Assembly: GCF_964355755.1 (NCBI RefSeq) | Contig: NC_092676.1 | Span: 25,438,871-25,502,870 of the forward strand | Source: Antedon mediterranea | Lineage: Eukaryota > Animalia > Echinodermata | Length of the DNA: 64,000 nt | Direction of reading: 5' to 3' | Shown: in pieces, positions 51,211 through 63,842 of the stretch | Numbering within the stretch: the stretch's first letter is position 1 | Layout of the letters: the number at the start of each line of letters is the position of its first letter | Made by a program: the position numbers and the translations under genes | The notes under the pieces: model-generated | The model's input: only the letters and a program-made list of their open reading frames with translations | Databases searched by the model: none | Told to the model about the DNA's origin: nothing

Positions 51211-52436
51211 TTTCTTTTCGCTTATTTATTGATAGCTAGCTAGGTAAACAGTTCCAAACGATTTCCCGAAAGGCAATGGAAAGTTGTGCTAGATTTTATC
51301 TTGAGTAGAGTGAAATGACAAGTTTGCAGTAGGTCTATGTTTTTCTGTTTGACGTCAACGTGAAAAATTGTGAATCCCAAACAAAGTCTTTAATAAATCA
51401 ATAACAACACACATCATAATATATATTTTTTTGTAAATTATAATTGTACCACTTTGTTGAAGCATTAGACAAAACTTTAGGGTCAGTAGTGTTGACCTGT
51501 GTAATGTGTACCACCATTCTAATAAGTTAATGTTAAATTTAAAAACATACACAACAGAAATAAATTATACTATTAAGAAAAATTGTTAAAGCAAGAAATG
51601 GCATCCTTAACCAAATAAAATACTATAACACATTAATTATATTTCAGTGCAAGAAAAATAATGGGAAATTTGGCTGTTTTACTTCATTGTTTGATTAACT
51701 TTATATTTTATTTTATTTTTATCTCCATCAAGATCCCAGACTGATACCTTACAGAGCTGTTATTTTTTTCAGGAATTTGTATTTTGATTTTACATATATA
51801 ATACTGTAATAGAGAACCATAAATATAAGATCTAAGGTATTATTTTTTTTCTTCAACTGCAATTCTCTACACTATATTATATTTAACATATCTGCTTCTA
51901 CTACAAGAAATGTATGGCCCTTTGCACTCAATGTGTACAGAATCTGTGTTGTCAATCAATGCATATAATATACAAATAACCATAGGCCTACTACAACCAT
52001 AATACATATATAGTTTCCAATATTAAAGTAAAACATTGACAACTCTATATTTTACACAAGCCCCTTCTATCAGTACCAAAACCGTTCATTCATAGTCATA
52101 ATATTCATAGTTTTTTTAACCCACAGACACATTCTTTTATACAACCTTATAATTGGTTTGTCAAGAAGTAATTCCAATAACCGTAAATTTAAATATTGTT
52201 TATTTTTATATTGCTCAAACTAGGTTTGTTGATTAGCAATTTATATATAAATCATATGTGCCAACAATAGGAATTAATTTATTAAAATTAATAAATAAAA
52301 TTAATTTAGTACATGATTCCATAATAATGATAATTGTACAGTGCTATTTCATGAAAATCGAAGTGTTTATAATAATATCAATAATCATATTGAGCATAGT
52401 TTACAAAAGATATGATAGTTGTTAAATCTGTAATAT

Positions 52437-55400
52437 TTATGGTATCACTTCCAATTTTTTCCCAACTTCTATAAACGCATCAACAGCACGATCAATTTCT
52501 TCTTCGGAATGGGCTGCGGAGATTTGTACACGGATGCGAGCTAAGCCTAGGAGAGAAAAAATAAGACAGTATGTAAATAAAAAGGCAAATTACTGAAGAA
52601 ATGGAGATACAAAATGACAATGCTGTGGGTATCAGTGGCTGGATCTCAATGGAGATACAAAATGACAATGCTGTGGGTATCAGTGGCTGTATCTCAATGG
52701 AGATACAAAATGACGATGCTGTGGGTATCAGTGGCTGGATCTCAATGGCGATACAAAATGACAATGCTGTGGGTATCAGTGGCTGGATCTCAATGAAGAT
52801 ACAAAATGACAATGCTGTGGGTATCAGTGGCTGTATCTCAATGGAGATACAAAATGACAATGCTGTGGGTATCAGTGGCTGTATCTCAATGGAGATACAA
52901 AATGACAATGCTGTGGGTATCAGTGGCTGTATCTCAATGGAGATACAAAATGACAATGCTGTGGGTATCAGTGGCTGGATCTCAATGAAGATACAAAATG
53001 ACAATGCTGTGGGTATCAGTGGCTGTATCTCAATGGAGATACAAAATGACAATGCTGTGGGTATCAGTGGCTGTATCTCAATGGAGATACAAAATGACAA
53101 TGCTGTGGGTATCAGTGGCTGGATCTCAATGGAGATACAAAATGAAAATGCTGTGGGTATCAGTGGCTGGATCTCAATGGAGATACAAAATGACAATGCT
53201 CTGGGTATCAGTGGCTGTATCTCAATGGAGATAATCATAAAGCAAAACAACCAGAAAGAATATAAATTTAAAATAAATATGGAGCAAATAAATTATTGCA
53301 ATTACAACTCTGGTTCTCTGGATGTTATACACATTTGCAAATGTCTGTTACTGGCGGCATGCTTATTTTTTCCTCCAAATCACAGCCACATATTTATAAG
53401 TAAACAAACACTTTAAACTCAAAATAAAATGATTTCCACTTACCTTTCGGTACCACTGGGAAACTGAATCCAATTACATAGATGTCTCTATCAAGCATTT
53501 CTTCAGCGAACCTGCCAGCTAAACTAGCTTCTCCGAGCATTATGGGACATATTGGGTGATCCTTGCCCTAAAGGAACCACAATGAATGGTATTTCTAAGA
53601 TTTTACTACAGTAAAATTACTCGCATTTTTTTCTGAGTGTGACGAAACTTACTGATTTAAAAAATTTCTTTAAGACAATCTTTTTCTGGAAAATTTACAT
53701 AAACAAATTAACAATGTTTTGAATCAAATGTATTGTTAAAGCTCTGTCTCCACTATCAAACTTTATGTGACAACAAAATGTGCCAATATATGGACAAGAT
53801 ATATTTCACTACCATATTTGGGCACATCACACTTTTTTGTCAAACTAGTTTGATAGTGTAGACAGAGCTTTAGACTGCCACAGAAAAATGAAAAATGTTA
53901 AAGGAAAATGTAGGGAAAGATAAAGAAGTTACAGAGATTAAAAGTGAAATCTAATTAAAATTACAGGAGAATGAATTTACCCAGACTTCAAAACCAGCTG
54001 CAGTAATCTTGTCTCTGAATCTCTTGGTATTGGAAGTTACCTTTGCAATCAAAGAGTTGTCTTGTGTAATCAAGTCAAAAACCTGAAGAATTAAAAAAAA
54101 ATTGCATACACAGTTTTATCTGGATTTTTAAAACCAAGTTGGGCCAGCTTACTATCAAATTAGATTCTGGTACAAATTCCAACTATTAAGCAAGTAGTGT
54201 ATTAAAATTATATTTATTAATAATATTTAGAGAGCATAACCTATGCAGTTTTCCATCACAAAAGAACTCATATGATTATATATGTAAGAAAACTGTAGCC
54301 AACAGATTTGATACAATTTGAGGTTTCATATCTATAAGTAGAGATGGTCTGCGTTAGAGTTAAGCAAGCAACCAGATCTCGTTGTGTACAGATTATCGGG
54401 CGATGGTAGGTGGCAGCACTAGACATGAAGGGACCCTAAGGGGAGACAAAAATTCTTGTATGTGTCGTCCACACCTATGCGCGATTCAGCTCAATTAGGC
54501 TGCAAGTCACAGGCTATTCTCCCACATTTACATTTCCATTTACTATTTTAGCTAGGTAGAAAATCCTAAGTTTTAAATCAACAATGAAATGACGGTAGTT
54601 GATGGAAGGAGTCCTACCTTAGATGCAGCTGCTACGATAGGTGGTGGAAGCGAGTTGGAGAAAAGGTATGGACGTGATTTTTGACGCAAGATATCAATCA
54701 GTGACTGTGGTCCTGTGGTGTAGCCGCCTGATGAAAAATGAAGCAATGGAAAAGGAATGAAAATGAAATAGGAGGGATATGGAGAAGTGAAAAAGGGGAC
54801 ATCTGCAAATTATGATAGTAGATTAAATCAATATACACATTGCCAATTACCTGCAGCTCCTCCGAGGGCTTTTCCTAATGTAGAGTTAATTATATGGCAA
54901 CGACCTTCGACCCCTATGAACTCCTCTGTACCTCGGCCAGTGGCACCCAAGAAACCAGTGGCGTGACATTCATCAATGAATACTAATGAGTTGTACTTGT
55001 CCGCAAGATCACATATTTCTCTGAAAATAATAGAACAATTCTAGTACAATACAACCCTTTGGGACGCAAAGTGTTCGCTTATTACTAGAGGTCAAATCTC
55101 TTAAATAGGGGTTGTATTGTTAAAACATATTTTGTCATTTGTTTCATCCGAAAGTATCCCCTGAATAGGGGTATTCCTTTAGTAAGGGTGTTCTATAGGA
55201 TGTGTTCTACTGTATTAAACAAGGCCAACAGCCATAAGTCGCGTGCTAAAATGCATAGTGATACCGACAGACCGACCGACATAGTGAACTACAGAGTCGC
55301 GTCCACGCGACTAAAAATGTACACATATAATTTCTGGTTTCTTACTATTTTATTTACCTAAGTGGTGAAACATCCCCATCCATACTGAACACTCCGTCTG

Positions 55401-58400
55401 TCACTATCAGGCGCATTCTACATTTCTGCGTTGCTTGTAGTTTTTCTTCTAAATCTGAGAAAACAATATAATGGAAATTAAAGATTAACTAAACAATATT
55501 AGTGAAACATATTGACTGGTACCATATAGGTTCCAGAACCTGTTGCTACTTTTGATTGGTTTGCATTTATGGCATAAATATTTTCTGAAATATGATCTTA
55601 CGGTATCTTTTTTAAAAATGGACATTTCGGTGAAGTGTACAGCAATTATCATACCTTGCATATTCATGTGTTTATAACGATGTCTTTCTGCACTACATAA
55701 CCTAATACCGTCAATAATGGAAGCATGATTGAGTTCGTCAGACAGAACGGCATCCTCACGGCCCAACAAGGTCTCAAAGATTCCAGCGTTAGCATCGAAA
55801 CAACTAATGTACAGAATAGCATCGTCTCGTCCATGGAATTTGGCTATCTTGTGTTCCAATTCTTTGTGAATATCCTGTAATACATAATAACAGTTGTTAT
55901 TATTCAAATTGTATCGGCACTACTGTGTGTACAAATTTGAGAAAAAAAACATTATAGTAAAACATTACAATAACTAATATCCCTTTCACACCAAAAGCAA
56001 AACTCCGGAGACACTCCAGAGTTGACGGCCCGGTGTTTTGGTGTGGAAGGTAAAATCAAGCAACTCCGGAGTTTAAAACTGCGGAGTTGAACAGCTGAAC
56101 ATTCTCCGGAGAACCAACGGCAGGGACACCCCGGTATTTTGGTGTGAAAGGTACCAACATCAAATTCCGGAGTTTTTAGGTCAAAAGGTCATCTTCACAC
56201 GATCACTCATTGCTTTAGTATTATTTCAAAATATTTTTAATATTTGTAAAAAATATATAGCGGGTCTAGAAAATAATATGACTTCTGAGACTTTTGAAAA
56301 TAATTATTAAATTGAAAATATTATCAATTAAAATGATTCTAATGATCGTCGCTATGTAAACAAAATAGAGGGCGACATTTACAATTATATTTTATAAACC
56401 CTGGTGTTGCTAGGTTGGTGTGAAAGGGGTATCTCCTGAGTTTCTCGATGTTTTGAATGGTCATAAACCCCGGAGTGTTTGTTTGTTTGAAAGGGGTATT
56501 AGCTGCAAGACTACAGTTTACCTGTGTACCACAAATGAAGCGCACAGAGCTAAGTCCATTTCCATACAAATCCAATGATTCCTTGGCTGCTTCTATGACT
56601 TCTAGATTACTCTAAAACAATTTAAAATTATAATTGACATCATTGTATCAAGTTTTACAAAAGCATAGGAGTTTAGGACTGGTGGTCATATTCACTAATC
56701 ATGCTTAAAGTGAGATATTTTTCTTAGTATTTCACTTAAATATGATGATAATGATTTCCCATCAATTTAGACACAGTAAGACAATTTTAAAATTAAGTTT
56801 GAGAAAAAAGTTAAGAGAAAAAAAAGTTTGGTTTTAGTGCGAATAAAGTACAAAATGTGATTGATTACATGAAATGATAATATACTTACAGACAATCCTA
56901 AATAATTATTGGCACAAAAATTCAGAATGTCTTTGTTGTTTCCTTGCACCTTGATTTGCGCAGCTTGCTTCGTCGTTATTACTCGTTCAGGTTTGTACGT
57001 TCCAGCTGCTTTGATACTGTCCATCACCTCCGCAAGCACTTGGTTCATGACACCCAATGGAGCACTGCTGTAGGCATGGCATCTGTAGGCCCCTACAGCC
57101 AATGGATGTATGCGTTCTTCATAAAAAAAAAATTAGGCCTTTTAGTATGTAAATTTCAATTCTCCAAAATACTGTTTGTACAGAATTAACAGCAGAGTAA
57201 ACTATAAACTATAATATAGACGTTTTTTTACTAACTAGGTTATAGTTGTTATGCGCGATTTGAACGATTTGCGCAATTTCAAATTGCGCAAGAAAATCTT
57301 TGCGCAATTTTAAATTGCGCTGCACAATTTGTAAATTGCGCAAGATAGTTCTTGCGCAATATGACACCTTTGCGCAATTTGAAAACGAACTGTAAATTTT
57401 CAAATTGCGCAACAAAATTCTACCAGACAATCGGTATTATAATAATTTATTGGAAACTAAATAACTCAAAATAAAACATAACTAGACATGTAACTCGTCA
57501 CTTTGACGAGTTTGGTTATCCGCCGCGCAAGTGGTGCAACATTAACATTAAGGGGATAGGTTGAGGACAAAAGGAAGTGTTCACGTTGGCATTATGACCT
57601 GAACTGAAGAATATGATATGTTGTTATTGCTGAATTTTATTATTTAAATTCATATATAGTATACACAGTATAATCTGTATCCATATCACATACAGTGTAG
57701 AATAGGTGAAATTACGGGACCCGCTATTTATTGCAATTTTTTAACATGTTGACGGTTTTAAAATGAAACGCGAAGGTACCAATTCCGAAAGGAAATTATC
57801 TCAGCAACAACGTATTAGCGTGTAGAAGAAATTTGAATACGTGAAATATTGATGCGCGCTCTTTTAAATGTAATGAATTATGACGCAAAAGATGAAAATA
57901 CGACCTTTTTTATTTAACTGGCCATATGATGACGTCACAACATCCGATTGGCAACATTTTTACATAATTTCGTATCTACAGTCCAATAGCTTCCAGAAAA
58001 AGTTTTAATCGTGATTATCACATTTTATTCTTACGAGCTATAACAGATTAAAATTTACTGTAAAGATGAAATTAATGCCACACGTGATTTAAATTTTTAA
58101 GCATGATGACGTAAAAAAAATTAAAATATTTTTAACTCATGCGAAAGATAGTTGATTGACCTAGACAATATCAAAATCGGGGTGAAAATGGAAAACGGAT
58201 AAGTGGAGATGCGCTCTATTCAATGTGATGAGCTATGACGAAAGATACAAAATCCTAAATTTTATATTTGCGTGGCCATACGATGACATCACAATGTCCG
58301 GTTAGCCATATTAATACCTGATCCAATATCTACAACTCATCTACTTCCAGAAAATGCCATCCACAAAAAGTTGACCGTTTAGTTTAGAAATTACGACTGT

Positions 58401-60780
58401 TTTAAAAAAGGCATATTTTAAACGAATTTTTTAACGTTTTCATAAAAAACGCGCGCAAATTGTCCAATTCGACGTGCTCGTATGACGTATCTTTAAGTCA
58501 AAATTGTTTAAAATTTGGTAAAATTACTAGAAAAGGCTGGAAAATCATAAATCACGCGAAAAAAATACGTTTTCAATGCTACGTGCGCTCCGCACACGTA
58601 AAATTGTGCGCATGCGTGGGAATTTTTGACATGCTTAAACCGACATGAAACGCGTAGAAAGTTGATTAGAAATTAATTTTGCGCATTTTGAAATTTTAAA
58701 TGCGCGTGCGCGCGTAACTTTGTGTAAAACACGCAATTTTTTTTCAACAGAAGGTTAGCGCATGATATAAATTAAACTTTTGCAAAGTTTCACTTTTAAA
58801 TGTTATTTGGTTTTCGACATATGTTAAATACGAGAAAATCGTTAAATCGCGCGTACGTCACGTTGCGCGATTGTAAACATCATGAAAAGCTTCGCTTGAC
58901 GACGTTACATAAATGTCAAAATGTTAACATAGTTAACAAAATGTTATGTTTGCAAGTTTTAGAGAAAAGCGTTACACAAAAATCATACAGAAAGAAAGAA
59001 GATTAAGAAAAAGATGATGATGATGATTTCGTACAATCACAAGAGGTTATCCTGCAACTTCGTTGCGGATAACCAATAAATGCGAAGATAACATGTGTAT
59101 AATATAATAAATACATAACATTTATTATTACAATTAAATAATACTATCACTGTAACTTGAAATAAATCAAAATAAATGTAAAAATTAAGTTTTTAATATT
59201 AGTTTAAGCTAGGCCATGTAACCTAGTCAGTATCAGTAGTCCAGACCCTAGCTAGGCTAGAGTAGTATAGCCGGCCGCCCGCGCCGTGCCCGCCTGGTGG
59301 AACACCACCGCTTCGTTTTCCTTCGTCGGTTCTTCGACGGTATGCTAACTTATAACAATATTTATCTTTAATTTTGAATCATTAGAAATTACTGTTATGC
59401 GCGATTTGAACGATTTGCGCAATTTGAAATTGCGCAAAAAAATCCTTGCGCAATTTGAAATTGCGCAAAGAATTCTTGCGCAATTTAAAATTGCGCAAGG
59501 ATTTTTTTGCGCAATTTCAAATTGCGCAATCAACTTGCGCAATTTGAAATTGCGCAAGAAAATCTTTGCGCAATTTTAAATTGCGCTGCACAATTTGTAA
59601 ATTGCGCAAGATAGTTCTTGCGCAATATGACACCTTTGCGCAATTTGAAAACGAACTGTAAATTTTCAAATTGCGCAACAAAATTCTACCAGACAATCGG
59701 TATTATAATAATTTATTGGAAACTAAATAACTCAAAATAAAACATAATAAATGCGAAGATAACATGTGTATAATAAATACATAACATTTATTATTACAAT
59801 TAAATAATATTATCACTGTAACTTGAAATAAATCAAAATAAATGTAAAAATTAAGTTTTTAATATTAGTTTAAGCTAGGCCATGTAACCTAGTCAGTATC
59901 AGTAGTCCAGACCCTAGCTAGGCTAGAGTAGGCCTAGTATAGCCGGCCGCCCGCGCCGCGCCCGCCTGGTGGAACACCACCGCTTCGTTTTCCTTCGTCG
60001 GTTTGCTAACTTATAACAATATTTGCACTACTAAAATAAGGAAATGCGATATTTATCTTTAATTTTGAATCATTCTTAGAAATTACTATAAAAATATGGG
60101 TGTGCATGATTTCACAATCTGTCGAAAAACCTTGCGCAATTTGCAGATTACTTGCGCAATTTAATACGTTGCTTGCGCAATTTGAAACACATGTTTCAAT
60201 TCAAATTGCGCAAGGATTTTTTTTGCGCAATTTCAAATTGCGCAAATCGTTCAAATCGCGCATAACATTACTATAAAAATATGGGTGTGCATGATTTCAC
60301 AATCTGTCGAAAAACCTTGCGCAATTTGCAGATTACTTGCGCAATTTAATACGTTGCTTGCGCAATTTGAAACACATGTTTCAATTCAAATTGCGCAAGG
60401 ATTTTTTTTGCGCAATTTCAAATTGCGCAAATCGTTCAAATCGCGCATAACATAGTTTACTCTGGGTTTTTTTTTAATATTTACTTTTTTTTAAATATAT
60501 ATATTTTAAACCGTTTAAATCATCTTTTGGTTTGACCAAACACTAAAAATATCTTCTGCAGTGTTTTATTATCATTTACATTTAAAGTCGTTTCGCCCCT
60601 GTAATTGATAAACTAACAAGGCGGTGGTCCGGTATTTTCTGCTGGCCTAGCTACGCTAGGCCTAACCCTCTAATCTAATTAATATCTAATAAAAACAATT
60701 GGAAACACACAAAAATATAATATTAAATTCTTCCTACTTTAATATACTATTACATACTTACTTAGAAGGGAAAATGACAT
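52437..60780 (-). CDS. GCAT: 2-amino-3-ketobutyrate CoA ligase (glycine C-acetyltransferase), mitochondrial, 10 coding exons
   Basis: Exons 60762-60780 (inferred; gives the [16 protein letters not shown] presequence), 56890-57092, 56522-56611, 55655-55874, 55358-55454, 54851-55020, 54618-54727, 53981-54082, 53444-53567, 52437-52546. Motifs: [64 protein letters not shown] (PLP lysine), [18 protein letters not shown]. Confidence 0.95.
52600..53231. repeat. 48-bp tandem repeat (13 copies) in the last GCAT intron
   Basis: Unit ATGGAGATACAAAATGACAATGCTGTGGGTATCAGTGGCTG(G/T)ATCTCA, with an internal inverted repeat GAGATAC/GTATCTC. Confidence 0.95.
53740..53869. mobile_element. Harbinger-type MITE copy
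   Basis: AGCTCTGTCTCCACTATCAAACT...AGTTTGATAGTGTAGACAGAGCT flanked by TAA/TTA. Confidence 0.85.
55217..55317. mobile_element. Minimal (~100-bp) deletion derivative of the Helentron-like element at 34904
   Basis: Same ends AACAAGGCC...AGTCGCGTGCT and GCATAGTGATACCG...AGAGTCGCGTCCACGCGACTAAAAA, with the interior missing. Confidence 0.75.
55979..56432. mobile_element. Harbinger-like MITE with CTCCGGAG repeats
   Basis: TIRs CCCTTTCACACCAA/TTGGTGTGAAAGGG; internal TIR-like copies at ~56039 and ~56139. Confidence 0.65.
57482..59076. mobile_element. ~1.6-kb non-autonomous Helentron-like element
   Basis: Terminal hairpins AACTCGTCACTTTGACGAGTT and GGTTATCCTGCAACTTCGTTGCGGATAACC; inserted at AA/TT. 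The empty site AACATAA|TAAATGCG is visible in the sister Ginger copy at ~59741-59755. Confidence 0.8.
59393..60267. mobile_element. Intact 875-bp Ginger-like element (inner copy) nested in a copy of its own family
   Basis: Same TGT...ACA TIRs and a 4-bp TSD TTAC (59389-59392, 60268-60271); the uninterrupted target AGAAATTACTATAAAAAT occurs inside the element at ~60078-60095. Confidence 0.85.
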
Positions 60781-62134
60781 TATTATAAAGCTAGGCCTGT
60801 GCAGCGTTTCTTCTCCACCGTCACACGTCGTTCGTTTCCACGTGTAAAGTACTCTCACCGGGCGGTTAATTCCGTTCCGTCGGTTCTCTTGCCTTGCCAG
60901 CAGTTTCCTAATTATGGGCGGCCTTTGTCGTCATAATACAAATACTCAAAAAATCAGATAGGAAATCAAATCCAAAAGATTTCATTATCAAAAACAAAGA
61001 TAAATACATGAGAATTGGATACAGTACAAAATCTTTATTGGGATTCAAATACTACAGTATATACATCTTGGCAACTAATGAATGGAAGCCCTTTTTAAAA
61101 GACGACTATATAGCCCTACTAAATACCCTAATACTGACTTTGATCACACTGACAAAAATCATACTATAGAAAAATAGTATTAATTGACCAGGAGGAGGCA
61201 TAATCCAAAATAGACTGTTCAATAATGTATTACCCTCTTTCTAAATGAAGAAGGAAAACGTGTTTTGTGTGTCAAATTATTAAATTACTCCATCATATAA
61301 GCTATTAATTGAATAAACACAGGTAGTGAATACAATTTGCATAACTTTACATAAATGAATAATTAAAGAGACTAACTAAACCTTTAAGCCCTGCTATTCG
61401 CCACTTTTTGTCATACATCAGCGTTACTCAGAAATACCAATGCTGAATAATTTAATTTTTGTTATTCTTAAGGAATCCCATAATTCAATCATAGTAACTA
61501 TCTAATTGGAGATTAAGTACAAGTGTCCTGTTTAAACAAATTATTTACACTGTTCATTTCAAAATCTATCGTACATAATGTACACATTTTCCTGAGTTTT
61601 GTATTTACTCTATGTACACTTAAATCCTGGAGAATACTCATAAAAAATGAAACAAAAGTTAAGAATTTAATTTTTAAAAAGAATTATGGTTGGAAATAAA
61701 ATTTCTTAGTCATAAGACATCTGTATCGAAATTAAAAACTCATTTGATTCACAAATATAAAAAAGTAAAACATGTTTTAAAATGAAAATGATTGTCTCCT
61801 GGGAGATTTCATCTGACTTTATAGTATACATTTACGTGTGTTCTGTTACGAACTACTGTATTGAAAAGAAATCATAAAAATAGCAAAAAATCAAAGCGTT
61901 GAAAAAGGTTACAAGATTTTTGGAGAAATGGGCTGAAAGTATTGATAGTGTGTGTGAACACTAACTGATTTCATTTAAATACATACAGCTATTTTCTCAA
62001 TACTGGAAATGCTCCCAAAACCAGATTTTTCTAAAAATTTAGGTCTGATATTCTTTTTTTTACAATTAAAAACACAACAGAAACACCACACATTCCAGAA
62101 ATGATTGGAAGAGTTGTAACATTTATAATAGTTA

Positions 62135-62298
62135 AGCTCTGTTTACACTATCAAACTTTTATGTGACAACAAAAATATGATGTGCCCATATATGGACATG
62201 ATGATGTCATATCACTACCATATTTGGGCATATCACTACCATATTTGGGCACATCACACAATTTTCTGTCAAACTAGTTTGATAGTGTAGACAGAGCT
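62135..62298. mobile_element. Harbinger-type MITE copy in the USP 3' region
   Basis: TIRs AGCTCTGTTTACACTATCAAACT/AGTTTGATAGTGTAGACAGAGCT with a TTA TSD. Confidence 0.88.
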
Positions 62299-62526
62299 TT
62301 ATAAAAGTGCTTAAAAACAAACTTATACCCGACCTTTTGAGTCTTCAGGATCCAGCCTAAACATTGCAGGTATACAGTAGACCCCTATTAAGGGGACACC
62401 TTTGGGACCCAACAAAGTGTCCCCTTATAGAACTGTCCCAAAGAAGGAGTTCTACTGTAATATCATAATCTCTGTACTTTAATGTCCAAGTTGCTGTTTA
62501 CAGGTCAAAGTTCACTTTGGCGATCA

Positions 62527-63842
62527 TCATAACGTTATTCTTCTTGATCGTCTTTTTTGAGGTTGAGCTTCACTTTTGCCTTCTACACTTCGGTTTAACG
62601 TACGCTTCGTGTAGAACATTATGTACGCCTGACAGGAAGTGATGTCATCAGCAGAGCATAGTTCAAGGCGTGAATCATTACAATTTACCCAAAAGCCTAA
62701 AGAAGTAAATGATTGAAAGTTAAATATACTTATATTATAAACAAGTGATGATTTTTATGCAGTGTTTGAACTTCATATCTGGTGTTCTAAAATTTCCATT
62801 CCATTTAAATTAAACGGTTCCATCACTATTATATAACTTACCCCCTGCACTGTTATAACAGTATGATGTATAATGGCCTGATCCAAATCTGAAAAAAAAA
62901 ATTCTTAAAATCAGCTATCCAATCGTAATCATTACATTTTTAGAAATGTAATCTGCATAAATTACTAATGATTTTTAACCACCACAAGAGTAACAAAAGT
63001 GTTAAAAAAAATAACATAAATGTTTATATTTCTTTTTCATAAAAGAATTTCAAACACAAGGTTTTATTATTGTACTAATATTGTCAATCTTCAAGAAGAA
63101 CTTCTGTTGTTATTTTATGATGATGATGGACAAATAAAGCATTTCAGTATTCAGTATTCAGTATTTCAAGTTACTTACCCTCTCCCATGATGCATTACTA
63201 CCGCTGTGAGGTCATACATGAAGTCTTCAGTGGTCAGGTCTGTGTCTTCATCAGCACTTAGGTAACAGAAAGGCCGCAAGTTTAAATCTTGTGAAAAGTC
63301 AACATGAACGTTGATTTTCTCTCTGTGATTCCGTCCTGACCATCTGTGTAAAAAAGTTAAATTTTAATTAAGTGTCAAAGTTCAACTAAACGATACATTC
63401 TGCTGTGTGAATGTGCTAAGTAATAAGTCTTTTTATTGAGTTCTGTTAACAGTCAACTCAGACTCTTTTAAGCTCTGTCTACACTATCAAACTAGTTTGA
63501 CCAAAAATGGTGGTGATATGCCCAATTATGTTAGTAATATGACATCATAATGGTTATATATGGGCACATCACATGAACAAATTTAGTACATTTTTAGGCA
63601 CAAATTTTATTCCAAACCTGAATCTCTTCAAGTGTAGTCGTAGAATCTTTGGCGGTTTTCTTATCAGTAACCGTTTTGTAGCTTCCGTACGGATAACTGC
63701 CTTGCTGCTTCTCCTTCTCCTGTTACAAGTGTCGCAAGAGTATACCGCCCCCAATTGTTCAATTTCTGTGAACTTTGTCAGCATTTCTGTTATATGACAA
63801 CTTTCCTCTGATAAGCTGGTTCGGGACTGACTAAATTGATAC
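62527..63842 (-). CDS. Ubiquitin carboxyl-terminal hydrolase USP44/USP49-like, last 4 exons (5' part outside the window)
   Basis: Exons 63618-63842, 63179-63343, 62842-62888, 62527-62696. Motifs: [46 protein letters not shown] (His box), [15 protein letters not shown]. Confidence 0.92.

Larger units (their letters stand above)
57247..60452. mobile_element. Non-autonomous Ginger-like transposon (outer copy) carrying two nested insertions
   Basis: TGT...ACA termini, long TIR TGTTATGCGCGATTTGAACGATTTGCGCAATTT and a 4-bp TSD TAGT (57243-57246, 60453-60456). Confidence 0.8.

Noticed and set aside
52492-53416. 252-aa and 271-aa repeat ORFs as real genes
   Set aside because: They arise from a 48-bp tandem repeat inside a GCAT intron, with no independent gene structure.
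56767-57102. TTG-initiated start of GCAT given by the ORF track
   Set aside because: An AG acceptor at 57093-57094 joins in phase to an ATG exon at 60762-60780, giving a plausible mitochondrial presequence.
57209-59579. ORFs containing [15 protein letters not shown] repeats
   Set aside because: They are translations of the TTGCGCAA subterminal repeats of the Ginger-like elements; no transposase motif is present.
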